Below are positions 13,757 to 26,925 of a stretch of DNA of 64,000 nucleotides, in pieces (the first letter of the stretch is position 1; every line of letters begins with the position of its first letter). A model generated the notes under the pieces. That model was not told the DNA's origin. It saw nothing but the letters and a program-made list of their open reading frames with translations, and did not search any database. The position numbers and the translations under genes are program-made. Origin of the DNA: the human T2T-CHM13v2.0 reference genome, Homo sapiens; NCBI RefSeq assembly GCF_009914755.1, contig NC_060927.1, one strand, 5' to 3'.

Positions 13757-14018
13757 ATTTATCATCCCAGCTTTTTCTATTTAGAAACTCCGCTGCATAA
13801 GTTGCACATTCCACACCTGAAGTGGGAGGCCCACATTCTCCCCGCCCTAGACCGTGAAGAATGTGTTCCTGATCTGCATCTCATCCTGGCTTCCTGCAAG
13901 ATAAAGAGGGATTCAGACATAAAGACTGGAAATTCCCATGAAGAGACAAAAACAAATGATGTGGTTCAAAGAAGTTGTTACAAGAAGAGATGCATTCCTG
14001 ATGTTGTGCAAATGATTG
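13757..14018 (+). pseudogene. Candidate exon after an 82-nt intron
   Basis: Acceptor tttgtttcctcttgcaccaacacAG, possible donor att|GTgagc; one frame fully open (IYHPSFF...VVQMI) but out of phase with the upstream exon, implying a frameshift. Confidence 0.5.
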
Positions 14019-14431
14019 TGAGCATTCTCTATCCTGCAGAAGTTTCCTAAGAGCAGTTACGTTTGCCAATTCAGTGTCTCCATGAGTTATCTGACTCACA
14101 AGTGTTTATTGTGAAAAGATATGTTGCCTGGCAACAGCTTTAACGTGGAGCAACTGACTTTTCTGCACTTCTAAAAAGATGTTTTATTCATTAGTTGCCT
14201 TCCTTTGCTTATTTGTATGGGTACACCCTCCCCTTCTGTATCAAATTCCACTTTCTGGTTGTGAATATCTCCCTGTGAGTCTATGCTAACCGTGCCATTG
14301 CTCGGCATTTATACTTATCCACATTTGTATGATAAATACACAATGAAATGACTGAGAGGGCCATATCCTGCTATATGGGGAACAAGGAGCCATCCTTGAG
14401 AACTACACTAGGTTATATCAAAGATGCTCTT

Positions 14432-14710
14432 AAAACAGGAAACCAAAAACTACATGTTCTCACTTATAAGTGAGAGCTAAATATTGATTACTCATGAACA
14501 TAAAGATGGCAACAATAGACATTGGAGACTACTAGAAAAGGAAGGGAGGAGTGGGGAAAGGGTTGAAAAACTATCAGGTACTATGCTCTCTGCCTGGGTG
14601 ATGGGATTGATCATACTCCAAACTTCAGCATCATGCAATATACCCATGTAACAAACATGCACAGGTAACCCCTGAATCTAAAATCAAAGTTGGAATTTTT
14701 AAAAATAAAA
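14432..14710 (+). mobile_element. L1 3' end (L1PA15/16-like), 5'-truncated
   Basis: catgttctcacttataagtgagagctaa...acccatgtaacaaacatgcac...ctaaaatcaaagttgg; degenerate TSD aaagatgctctta / aaagataccctta. Confidence 0.85.
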
Positions 14711-15233
14711 AGATACCCTTAGTATTTAAAGGTATTTTCTAAAATTCAGGCATTTATAGGTTGAGAGGGCTGTGATCAGTTCACTACTGGATTATATTCC
14801 AAATTTCTACTCATAACAATGAGCTTTGGGAATATGGAAAAAACATCAAATAATAGCCAATGAGGTGTTTTAGACTTCACTCAGCTATAAGCATTATTTT
14901 ACCCATATTGGCATTATAGCCAACCCTTTTGTATCTCCTCCCTGTCCTCAAATTACAAAAGCAAGCTTGTCATTGAACCTACAGATCTAAAGTCTGAAAG
15001 AGCAACTCAGACACCTAGGGAATGAATTAGACATTTGAGTCACAATCGTAAAATTTCCATCCTGAGATTATTTTGTCCAAGCCTTTTTTTAAAAAGGAGA
15101 CTAGAATCCCAGAACAGTTATAGCACTCTGCTGAAGTCACACAAGTGCTTAGTAACTCAAGTCGCAAAAGCATGGTCCCATGCTACACTTGCAACAACAT
15201 AATGAGATCATCCTCCTTGTGATTTACCATCAG

Positions 15234-15346
15234 ATATGAAAATATTGTTTCTGCAGACAGAATAACACTTGAGAAGAAGGAAATCTGGTCACAATGACTA
15301 CCTGATATTGCAGCCTCTCTAATAGGAACAAGAGAGTCTACTGCTA
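15234..15346 (+). pseudogene. Candidate exon (phase 2 to 1, one stop)
   Basis: Acceptor tcctccttgtgatttaccatcAG, weak donor cta|GTaaca; YENIVSADRITLEKKEIWSQ*LPDIAASLIGTRESTA. Confidence 0.35.
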
Positions 15347-15369
15347 GTAACATTCATTGTATAAAAACA

Positions 15370-15560
15370 AAAAGAAATAACATGTGCTTTCTTAGTAATT
15401 ATCACATGCAAGCATCACTTTATCCCATTTAGGCTTCACAACACTAGGAGAGCTTTATCACCTTCAATTTACAAAATAAGACTTTAAATATTTAAGTAAC
15501 ATTTCATATGGCTAGCAAGTGACACAACTAGGATTTGTACCTAATCATTGAACTGTACCC
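15370..15560 (-). mobile_element. MIR fragment
   Basis: cttcacaacactagg...caatttacaaaataagact...atttaagtaac...ggatttgtacc. Confidence 0.5.
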
Positions 15561-15744
15561 TCTAAGAGCACAGAGTGAGCATGTAAATATAAATGTAAAT
15601 AATTACATTTGACAGTGAGTATGCATCACCTAAAATAGTATGAAATTTAGAGTTGAAAAAGTTTTTTGACCCAATATATTTTCTTAATAATAATTTATTT
15701 GGCATATGATTTTTCCAAGCATTAATTGTGTTAAATGCTGAGAA

Positions 15745-16180
15745 ACTCATTCATTCATTCAGCAAGTACATATCGTTCTCCTGCTGCTTGCAGGATACTA
15801 CACCCAACAGCAAACATAACCATGAACGAGGGGGAGTTTGCATCCTATCTAGACTATGCTCGGTCTTCCAACGGAAATAGACAACCATAATGAGAGCTAG
15901 ATGTTAGGAGAAATGATTCATATGCTGGGATTTGATTAGGATAAGTAGGAAGTAGCTAAGGCTCTGAGACAGAAAGGAGCTGAGTGTGTTTCAGGAACTG
16001 AAGAAGGTCATTTTGGCTAGAATGCAGGTATTGAGGGAGAGGACAGGACATGAGTCTGGGGAGGAGGAAGGAGCCAGATCACAATGGTCAAAGTAGGCCA
16101 TGCCAAAGTTGCCAAGATGGTCTCTATTTTCATGGGAGATTACGGTCAAGCAAAAGCACGGAATTATTGACAACCACGTA
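15745..16180 (-). mobile_element. L2 fragments
   Basis: (ttca)n L2 tail followed by cagcaagtac; gtgtttcaggaactgaagaaggtca...ggagccagatcac. Confidence 0.55.
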
Positions 16181-16761
16181 TTTTGTAGATGGCACTGGAT
16201 AAATTAGTTTACAGTAGAGACCAATTTCTAAAAATATCTCATTACAAACGTGGTCTTTCCCCCCCTTTTGAGCATAGATCAGCAATCTGAACTATTAACT
16301 AACATTTCCAAAGGACTGGATGTCTAAGTCAATCTTGTTTTTCAGACACATATGTGTTTATCTCTATATGTGAAATAAATATGGTCTCATTTACAGTTCT
16401 TATAGTCTTTCCTATTGTAATTTTACTGCTCTACTAAACTATAAATTATGTTAAAGAAACCATATAACTGATGGAAAAATTATAAAATGTGAAATACAAA
16501 TTAAGTTATGATCAAATAATAATTGCCTTATACTTAATGCTATTTTAAAAATAGAATATTATGTAAGTATACAAGATTTATTCATAATTTAAAAAATGAA
16601 ATGAGTACCAACCAAATTTACAGGAAGTCATGAAAAGGAGTGGTCAGTTTGATAAACCTGTCAATATTAAACTAAAATAAGAGTTAAAATGGCATGTGTG
16701 TAAAGCATTGTATCTGTTTCTCTATGCTCAGTCATGTTCTTAACTTGGTTTAAGAACAACT

Positions 16762-17049
16762 GGCCGAGTGTGGGTGGCTCACGCCGGCTATCTCAGCACT
16801 TTGGGAGACCGAGGTGAGCAGATCACTTCAGGCCAGGAGTTCGAGAGCAGCCTGGCCAACATGGCGAAACCCCATGTCTACTACAAATACAAAAAAAAAA
16901 AAAAAAAAAAAAATGATGGATGTGGTTCTGCACGCCTGTAGTCCCAGGGAATTGCTTGAACCTGGGAAGCAGAGGTTGCAGTGAGCAGAGTTCCCACCAT
17001 TGCACCCCTGCCTGGGGGACGGGGGGACTGTCTCAAAAGAAAAAAAAAA
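16762..17049 (+). mobile_element. AluS with expanded middle A tract and right-arm deletion
   Basis: Alu dimer; A tract of over 20 nt in the linker; ctactcgggaggctgaggcag segment missing. Confidence 0.9.
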
Positions 17050-18096
17050 GGGGGACAACTTACTTTAAAACTAAAAAATTAAGAGAAAAGCCATGGGTTA
17101 TTGTTTTGTTTTTGTGCTACACAAAGAATAATGGTGTAGTTTTTATAACTGAAAAGTTGATTAAAAAGTGGACTGTATTCTAAATTCTTGATGAAAAACC
17201 AATTCAGAAATAATTGAATCCACATTTTCAGAAACCACTAAAAGCTGTTTGTAAACTATTCCCTAGTATTTGCATTCATAGTGGGATATTCAGACTATTT
17301 GAAATGCAAAATGTGGAATCAATATCTGACTTTAATGTACCATGTTAAACACTTTAATGTGGTTACTGCATTTTAGACGGTTAAAATTAACAATGCCAGC
17401 ACATCTATGAAAAAGATAGTCCTCATTTTCTCTTTTAAAACAAATAGCATTTTTGTACATATGTTTCATCATGTTTTTATGTTTTAGTAATTCAGATACA
17501 GAGCAAATTTTTCATTGGCATAATTTTTCATTACTGCAAATTGCAATGAAGGGTAAATGAAAAAAAAGAAACTAATTAGATTTTCTTCTCTAAGCCCTAC
17601 CTTGCATACATATCATAACATACATATCACAGCGAAAGTCAATGAACTAGATAATTGCCCCAAATTAGGAGATTGTTCCTCTGCTGACATTTAAGTTTTG
17701 AATCTAATGGTTTCACTATTTAACTGACCTTTGCTGTACTAATTATTTGCTTTTATAGCATTAAATATTTTTTAAAGTCAGTGCATTGCTTAGTTAAGGA
17801 AAAAATGTAATATAATCAGCACTATTTTGATATGTAAACATCCAATAATACTGACAACAATCCTCAGTTTAAACCTACAAAACACTAAGTAGGAAACAGG
17901 AAAGAACAATGTTAACAAAAGCCCAATTTAGTAATTTGCTAATCTTTTACAGGTAGTAGTCAGCTTATAGTCACGTGTATATATGTCCATGCTTTCAACA
18001 TATATTTTTGAAGAATCTGCACAAAACGAAAGCTATCTTGATACTACCTCAAGATGGCAAGTAGAACTAAGTCCAAGATGGTGTAGGGAGCAGGCA

Positions 18097-18275
18097 AAAT
18101 AATAGCTAACACTTGTTTGTGCTTATTATGTGGCTGACACTTCTCTAAGCACTTTTCATTCACAGTCTCATTTATCAAATCCTCATAGCAGCCCTAATAA
18201 GGTAGGTAGCAATATTGCTATTATAATGTTCCTTTAGAGATGAAGAAACTGAAGTCAGAGAAGTTAACGTCCCAA
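18097..18275 (-). mobile_element. MIR
   Basis: aataatagctaacactt...agatgaagaaactgaagtcagagaagttaa core. Confidence 0.8.
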
Positions 18276-18602
18276 AGCAGAACCCTTGAAGACACTGCTG
18301 CATTGCCTGCTTGCATGTAAAACAGAAGTTTTCAGCCATCTATTCTTTATTTTCTGAAAGCCTACACTGAAATATTTTTACATTTTGAAGTCCTTTTTGC
18401 CAGCTAATTTGCAAAAGTATCATTCTCCAGGTGCCTGCTACCAAAACAGTCTTCTTTTCAATATAACCATTCCCTGCTACTGTAAAATTTGAATACAAAT
18501 CATCTGACATGCTATCTTGGTTGTTGTTTCACTTATCAGATACATTGCTAAGCTATAAAGAAGTGAAAAAAAAAAATGGTCCTGGAAGTTTCTTCTCTAC
18601 AG

Positions 18603-18773
18603 GCACAACTGTGCAAGGTTTCAAGGAACCATGACTCAAAAATCAAAGCTTGCATAAATTGGATGAAGAAAAGCAACAAATGTCCTCAACAGCCCTCTTT
18701 ATAGCCATAGAGTGTTCCCTACTGAGCCCTGAATACAGTGCTCTGGTGAGCTCTGAGGGGATTTATCCCGCAG
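18603..18773 (+). pseudogene. Candidate exon (171 nt, phase 1 to 1, single TGA at 18632)
   Basis: Strong acceptor gtttcttctctacAG and donor cag|GTaaag; TTVQGFKEP*LKNQSLHKLDEEKQQMSSTALFIAIECSLLSPEYSALVSSEGIYPA. Confidence 0.6.
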
Positions 18774-18853
18774 GTAAAGGCAATTTTTAGGACTCCCTAG
18801 AGCTTCTACCAGAGATTCCTAACTGATCACTTGCACACCAACTCTCTTGGCAG

Positions 18854-19372
18854 GTGTAATTTTCAGTTTTCCCAAGTACTTAAGAACACTTAGAAATCAG
18901 GGGATTTCAGGCTGGGAGCGGTGGCTCACTCCTGTAATCCCAGCACTTTGGGAGGCCGAGACGGGCGGATCACGAGGTCAGGAGATCGAGACCATCTTGG
19001 ATAACACGGTGAAACCCCGTCTCTACTAAAAAAATACAAAAAATGAGCCGGACGTGGTGGCGGGCGCCTGTAGTCCCAGCTACTCAGGAGGCTGAGGCAG
19101 GAGAATGGCATGAACCCAGGAGGCGGAGCTTGCAGTGAGCCAAGATCCTGCTGCTGCACTCCAGCCTGGGCAACAGGGCGAGACTCTGTCTCAAAAAAAA
19201 AAAAGAAGAAGAACAAGAAATCAGGGGATTTCACAGCGAATCTGGATTTAGTCTTCTCTTGAAAAATATTACCATCCGTCAAATTTGGGCAGACTCCCAC
19301 ATGACAATGATCAGCCTAGACTCGGCATTGTATCTTCAGCTGATTACTGTCCTCATCGCTATTGCGTCTGAT
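18854..19372 (+). pseudogene. Candidate exon (phase 1 to 1) interrupted by AluY
   Basis: Follows an 80-nt intron with cctaac branch-like site and actctcttggcAG; donor gat|GTaaga; removing the Alu and one TSD restores a 195-nt exon with two stops. Confidence 0.55.
18910..19215 (+). mobile_element. AluY with 18-bp TSD
   Basis: Y diagnostics gagatcgagaccatc, aacacggtg, gaatggcatgaac, ggagcttgc; TSD agaaatcaggggatttca at 18892-18909 and 19216-19233. Confidence 0.95.
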
Positions 19373-19842
19373 GTAAGATCTTACATTACATCCTCTCATT
19401 TTACATAAGGACCATTTCCTGTGTTACCTGGGACTCCTCAGTCTAGACACGAGTTTGTGACCTTTGCCCTAATCCATGATTTCTTCCAGCCCTGAAATTC
19501 TGTTTAATAACAACAAACAAATAAACAACAACAACAACAAACCTGGGGCATCACTAATCCAAGTTTACGGATTTACTCAAGGTCCTCATTCTAGGACTAG
19601 TTGAGAACATAGTCAAAATTGATACTCGTATCTTCTGAAACCTAGGCTTTTGCTTTTTCCAACACACCTACTATTGCCTCTTATTTGCACAAGAATTGAT
19701 CCGGTTCTAGACCAGTAAAATTGGGAAATACAGTTCCTGAAGCTATAAGGAAAGTTTATTTAGGCTCTTAGGGAGTAGGAAAACCTGGGAGTTGGATTAA
19801 GATTTGGGCAATGCGCAAGTGTTCTCATAAATCCTATTTACA

Positions 19843-20175
<333 letters not shown>

Positions 20176-21469
20176 TCGGTGTGGGGTAATAAAGAGGCAA
20201 TACTCATATAGGTTGGGCTGGCTTCTATGACATCATCAGCTCCCTGTGTGGCCTGGAGTCCTCTGCATACAGAAGTGGCTGTAAGACTCTTTCCATTTCA
20301 TAGTGTGATCATGGCTTCCCAGAACCCTCTAAGAAGCTGGGATATGCAGGCTTGAAATTGCACATCCAACTTAAGGCTAAAGCCAAGATAGGCCTAAAGG
20401 TCATCTCAAAAATTAAGAATATAACCTTTTCCAAATTTTTAATAATAAATTGCTCAGCAAGTGGATCCAGAAATTTAAAGAAAAACATTTTTAATTCCTC
20501 TGGAGGAATCATACAAACAATTTACAAATGACTTTAAAGTGTAAAATAATCTGGTAATTCTTTTCTCAGAAATCCTATTATTCAAACAGGATTTCACACT
20601 AATTAGTTATTCTTTTTATTCAGAAGCACCAGTCAGGCTAGAAAGTATTGGAAAAGAAACCAAATGTAAACAGTTCCTGGAAAAAAACTCTTTTTGTCTA
20701 AAAACCAACAGATTTATTCCAGTAATAAAAATTCCTACTCTTAAATGCATGCACATATTATTATACCCATATTAATTCAAATTAAGCTGAGTGTATGTAT
20801 GTGCTTCTATAGCTTTATAACAAATAGAACACTACATTTTGATTTCTGTACAGACCAGGTAAATGAAAATAAAAGCCTTTATTTTTATTTATTCATTTAG
20901 TAATTTTCTAAATGCAGAACAAAAACCTAGATTTTCATTCCCTAAATGATTCATTATTAAATTGAGTTTGAAATCTGCAACACAAAGCTCTCAAATATTC
21001 CAGTGCTCTATAGAGAGGGCTCCAGCAAGCTGCACAATGTTGCTTAGTCTTTTTGTTTGGTTGAAGTGTAAGTGCAAAGCTGTTGACCTTCATGTTTTAT
21101 AAATCATCTGGGTCTTCTCAAGGAAAGGCACTTGATTATTATTATTATTAATTTGTGAGGTAAACTTTCTGAAAACCTGTTGCTTTCTCTATCATAAGTC
21201 CTTTCTTCAAAAACATATTCTGTCTTTAAAACCTATAAAATATTGTCAACTGATTTAAAGTTAAGAAAGAATTTTTTTTTTCCTAAAGATATCTCACTGA
21301 AGAAAAATGTGAGGGGAAATGAGTCTTCCAGTCAACCTTTGGTCATATACCTCAGACATCTGTTTCTCATAAGCTAAACCTCCATATTTCACATATCCTG
21401 ACTCCATTAAGTTATTATCTAAGAAAAAAATATAGGTTTTTTAGAATAAAATACATTGAGGTAATAACA

Positions 21470-21660
21470 ACTAGTGGTTAAAACCATGGGCTTTAGAGTT
21501 AAACAGACATAGGCTCAAATCTCAATGCTCCCCTCAAACTGCCACTAAGTTTTCAACTTCTTTAAACCTTGGACTTTTGTGCATAAAATAAAGTGATAAT
21601 ATAAAGTATTCAGCATGTTACCTGTCACTGAAAGACACTCAGTAGATGGAGGTTTTATTG
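21470..21660 (+). mobile_element. MIR
   Basis: tagtggttaaaaccatgggctttagagttaaacagacataggctcaaatc. Confidence 0.65.
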
Positions 21661-22375
21661 TTGTTTCCACACAATAGTCATACTACACAGAGTACTAGTA
21701 AGGCTATTATTACCCATATTCTCATCTCACACAACTCTGGAAGAGGATAATCAAAAGTACATCAAGAAGGGTTACTCCCTCATGTGTTGTGTTGTGCATT
21801 AACCCTCCTATCAATTTACTCAATACTAAAACAAGTAGAAATGATGGGAAGAAGAAAACATACAAAGTTGAATACTCAGTCTCCAAAACAATGTGGTGGC
21901 CAATGCAAAACAATAGGAGTAAAGCAAAGCAAAAAAGAAATAATGGAAAAGGGAAAAAGAAAAGAAAAGTGCAAAAAGGAGGAAGCATGTAACATCCTTT
22001 GAGTTCATTCTATCTGGCTACTCTTCATAGTTAAATAAAGGCATAGCTCCCAGAAGCCATCATTGGATAGAAGAGTGATTGAGAGCAACACTACGGAGTG
22101 AAGAAGAGGGGAAAAGCTGGAATAAGCTGTGTGCACACACATACACTCACAGGTACCACCTGATTCTATCCAAAATTATGAATATTCATTTCTACATATG
22201 GATTTTAAAGAATATATATGTATACACACATCATGTATATTTTATTAGATATATATGAAAATATATATTAGGAGAGATATATATTATTTAAAATACAGAT
22301 TAATAGATACAAAGAGATGGAGATAGATTACTCTTTTAAAATGGCGTGTTACCGCTTTTTCAATTATTTCTGTAG

Positions 22376-22533
22376 TCACAATACCCAGTTTTGTCACAAA
22401 CACATCTGAAGATGAAAATGCTTCCTCTTTGGTAATGAAGAGTCATACTGATGTTCTTGAACATGAAGCTTTATCGATAGGCCCATTCAAATTTGACAAG
22501 AACCCTTCCACAGGTGACAAACAATTGTTACAG
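22376..22533 (+). pseudogene. Candidate exon (158 nt, phase 1 to 0, fully open)
   Basis: Acceptor tttttcaattatttctgtAG, consensus donor cag|GTaagg; TIPSFVTNTSEDENASSLVMKSHTDVLEHEALSIGPFKFDKNPSTGDKQLLQ. Confidence 0.6.
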
Positions 22534-22634
22534 GTAAGGCAATCTTACTCGAGGTATACAACTTAATGTCAATAAAACTGTAGTTTTTGTTGTGCCATAA
22601 AGGCTTTTTTTCCTTTTTAAATGGTTGGTCTTTT

Positions 22635-23580
22635 GATTATTTATTTTTTTATTATTATTATTATACTTTAAGTTCTGAGGTACATGTGCAGAACATGCAT
22701 GTTTGTTACATAGGTATACATGTGCCATGGTAGTTTGCTACACCCATCAACCTGTCATCTACATTAGGTATTTCTCCTAATGCTATCCCTCCCCTACTCC
22801 CCTGCCCCCCAACAGGCCCCAGTGTGTGATGTTTCTCTCCCTGTGTCCATGTGTTCTCATTGTTCACCTCCCGCTTATGAGTGAGAACATGTGGTGTTTG
22901 GTTTTCTGTTCCTGTGTTAGTTTGCTGAGAATGATGGTTTCCTGTGTCATCCATGTCCCTGCAAAGGACATTAACTCATCCTTTTTATTGCTGCATAGTA
23001 TTCCGTGGTGTACATGTGCCACATTTTCTTTATCCAGTCTATCACTGATGGGCATTTGGGTTGGTTCCACATCTTTGCTATTGTGAGCAGTGCTGCAATA
23101 AACATGTGTGTGCATGTGTCTTTATAGTAGAATGATTTATAATCCTTTGGGTATATACCCAGTAATGGGATTGTTGAGTCAAATGGTATTTCTAGATCTA
23201 AATCCTTAAGGAATTGCCACACTGTATTCCACAATGTATGAACTAATTTACACTCCCACCAACAGTGTAAAAGCGTTCCTATTTCTCCACATCCTCTCCA
23301 GCATCTGTTGTTTCCTGACTTTTTAATGATTGTCTTTCTAACTGGCATGAGATGGTATCTCATCGTGGTTTTGATTTGCATCTCTTTAATGACCAGTGAT
23401 CATGAGCTTTTATTCATGTTATTTTTGCAATCTATCCATCTAACAAAAGGCTAATATCCAGAATCTACAAAGAACTTAAACAAATTTACAAGAAAAAAAC
23501 AAACAACCCCATCAAAAAGTGGGCAAAAGATATGAACAGACACTTCTCAAAAGAAGACATTTATGCAGCCAACAAACATG
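22635..23580 (-). mobile_element. L1PA7/8-like 3' end with 5' inversion
   Basis: 22635-23420 antisense L1 (ORF2 C-terminus and 3' UTR), 23421-23580 sense L1; TSD atggttggtctttt on both sides. Confidence 0.92.
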
Positions 23581-24749
23581 GTTGGTCTTTTTAAAGAATA
23601 ATTCTTATTTATACATACATAATTATTAATTATAAAATTTATATATATATTTCTTATATATAAATATATATAATTACACATATAAAATAACATGCATATA
23701 AAAACTGAGGAATACTACCTAGCTAATAATAATTTTTCAACATAAGATACTGACTATATGATCATTTTGCATACATATATGAAATAAAATGAGAAAGTGG
23801 GGAAGGAAAAATACATTTTAGTGCTTAAATACCTCAAAATATATTACACATATGTACCCATAATTTTATACTAATTAATTTTAAATGTTATTATCTGTAA
23901 TCCTATAAAACTAATCATGTGCTTTTATGCCTGCTTACTCTAGATCCTGCCACCTTGATCTTCCTGTTGAAATTCTATGCTCCCATCTAGGCCCAACTCA
24001 TTTGCCACCAATTTCTAGAGTAATTCAGTCCTCCTTGCACTCCGATAGTACTTTGTTCCACCTCTCTTATAAACTTCCCTTTATTTTGTTTGCTCTTTAG
24101 TTATATACATATCAGTTTCCCACTCCTGAATGAAAAGATCCTTACTACCTTTGTTGAACCATCTTTAGCATCGTGTCTGACACAAACATTTATTTGATTT
24201 TACTGATGTAAAGTATAATTATTTATTTATTCTCCAAAAGATAGTCCTGATTTAGATCAAGAAATTACTCTCAGGTCCAAAAAATAATCCTTTGGGTGGG
24301 AGTGTAAATTGGAAGATGTCCCAACATTATTAAAAACCAGCATTCCTGGTTTTTAATATTTAGATGGATTTTTTTTATCAAGCTTTTATACACTCTGACC
24401 AAACTTAAAGAGGCAGGCAATGTGTTGAATTCATTCCAGAATATGAGTTTACAAGGAAGATTTTCTTGAAGTTCTCTGTGTACAGAATAACAGTTTTACC
24501 CATATTCTTGGTTCCATAAGCACATTAAAAATGTTTTTAAAAATAGTACTATTCTCTTTAAAGCACATTACAAAAACTTTCTGAAAGCAAATTAACTAGA
24601 CATTTTCAAAAAGTAGTACAGAACAGTGTAAAACCAAAGGAGAATCATTATCTTTCTTACTCTTCTGAGTTCTTCACCTTGGTTTTACAAGCCATGGCCT
24701 GGAAAGCTTGCCTACTTGTCTTTACTTTCTATTTCTAAAGATAGTAGTT

Positions 24750-25320
<571 letters not shown>

Positions 25321-26756
25321 TGTGAATGCTTCATGTGCAGAAATTATGAAAAATAACCAGCTGTCTAAATAGTTGCATTATTTCATCTGCTCATTTTATC
25401 TTTTTACATGCATATGTCCATTTCTCCTATAGTAATTTTCAAAAGTGTGGACTGATTCTGACCAAATTTAGCAAAAGATCTATATATATTGAGTTCCCTT
25501 TGTTATTGTCTTAAAGTATTCAAGAAGAAAGTCAGGGCAGAGGAAATTTCTGTAGAGAGGAGGACAGCTGGTATGAACCTGAGTGCCTGAAAAAAAAATT
25601 GGTTTAAGATCAACTCTTAGGGTAAGAAAGAATCAGGTTGGGTATTGGCAGGTCAGACTGGCAGGGAGGCTGCTGAGTTCTTCTGCAATCCATCCATGTG
25701 AGGAAAGTCTGTGGGTCACACTGCACTAGTTGCAAGGATTAATAATTGTCCAAATTATTTTAACTCTAAGAATTGTAAGTAAAGTCTGGGATGAATTCTA
25801 AAGACCTTGTTTAAATATATTCTCCAGGGACTGTTATTTGAAGTGGAATTCAATTTTGACCAACCAAAACATTTTTTCTCCACTTATGAATGAAAGAACA
25901 AGGGCTGAAATCGGTGTTGAACACTATTATGAATATAAAATTTAATATTGCTCAGTAAAAGTGTAATCATTTTTCAGTGGTGTCTTAGCTAATTAGTACT
26001 TTAAAAAAATTTGTTTTCTAAATTATTATTTTTATTATATGAAATTATTCTCAAATTATTCATAAAATGACTAATATTTGAAATTGTAATTCGGTTGTAC
26101 TGATACTACATAATTATTATTAAACATTAGATGTACAGATATAAATATGCATATACCTATTATGTCAAATTTGTTAATATTTCCATTTTTTTTAATGAGA
26201 GGTCTAGTATGAGTAAGGAAAATTTATTTTTAAACACAAATGAAAATTTGATTCAGACAATATTTCCGTAAGCTAGTCACCTTAAGCAAAGTACAAAACC
26301 TTATTTAAATGAGCAAATTACTTGCCTTATATAATGAAAAGGAATATTCTGCCATGTATTTGTACATTATTGAAACAACTTAAGGAACATTTAATTAAGA
26401 AAAAAATTAACGAAAAATTCAAGAATATTTTTGACTAGGACTTAGGACTGCCAATCAAATTTATAGTCCATCTGTGTTAGTTTCTCATATTCGTTGTCTA
26501 AGAGATAGTAAAGTAACAATTGCTGCTTTTACTATGTCAAGGCAGGTATGAGTAATATTTATAGACCATACACACTGTAAATATTATAGGGTTTACACTG
26601 CACCCAAGTGGATATCTTTATACTTGAATAGACCAGAGAATACTCATTTTTTCCCAAATGTATTTTTTTGTATTAGAGATAATGATACTATGCAAATTAG
26701 CAAGGCTTAATATTCTTACCAATATTTGGTGATTTGAAATCAGCCCTGGTTAACAG

Positions 26757-26925
26757 ATGGCCCCATCATTCTGGAACATAATTGATATTCTTTTAGAAAA
26801 TCTCAACAGAAAGGCCAATGGACATGTATTCCACCTGGTCCCTTGATAAATTGGCATTTTCAGATAGGAAACTTTCCCGACAACAGAGTTTATTAGCAAA
26901 ATCCTGAATTTTATACTCACCAAAG
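26757..26925 (+). pseudogene. Weak candidate exon (phase 0 to 0, one frameshift, GC donor)
   Basis: ttaacAG| MAPSFWNIIDILLENLNRKANGHVFHLV, then shifted frame LDKLAFSDRKLSRQQSLLAKS*ILYSPK; aag|GCaaat. Confidence 0.3.

Noticed and set aside
21722-22008. Four overlapping ORFs with hydrophobic or lysine-rich translations
   Set aside because: Driven by an A/G-rich low-complexity tract, with no convincing splice boundaries
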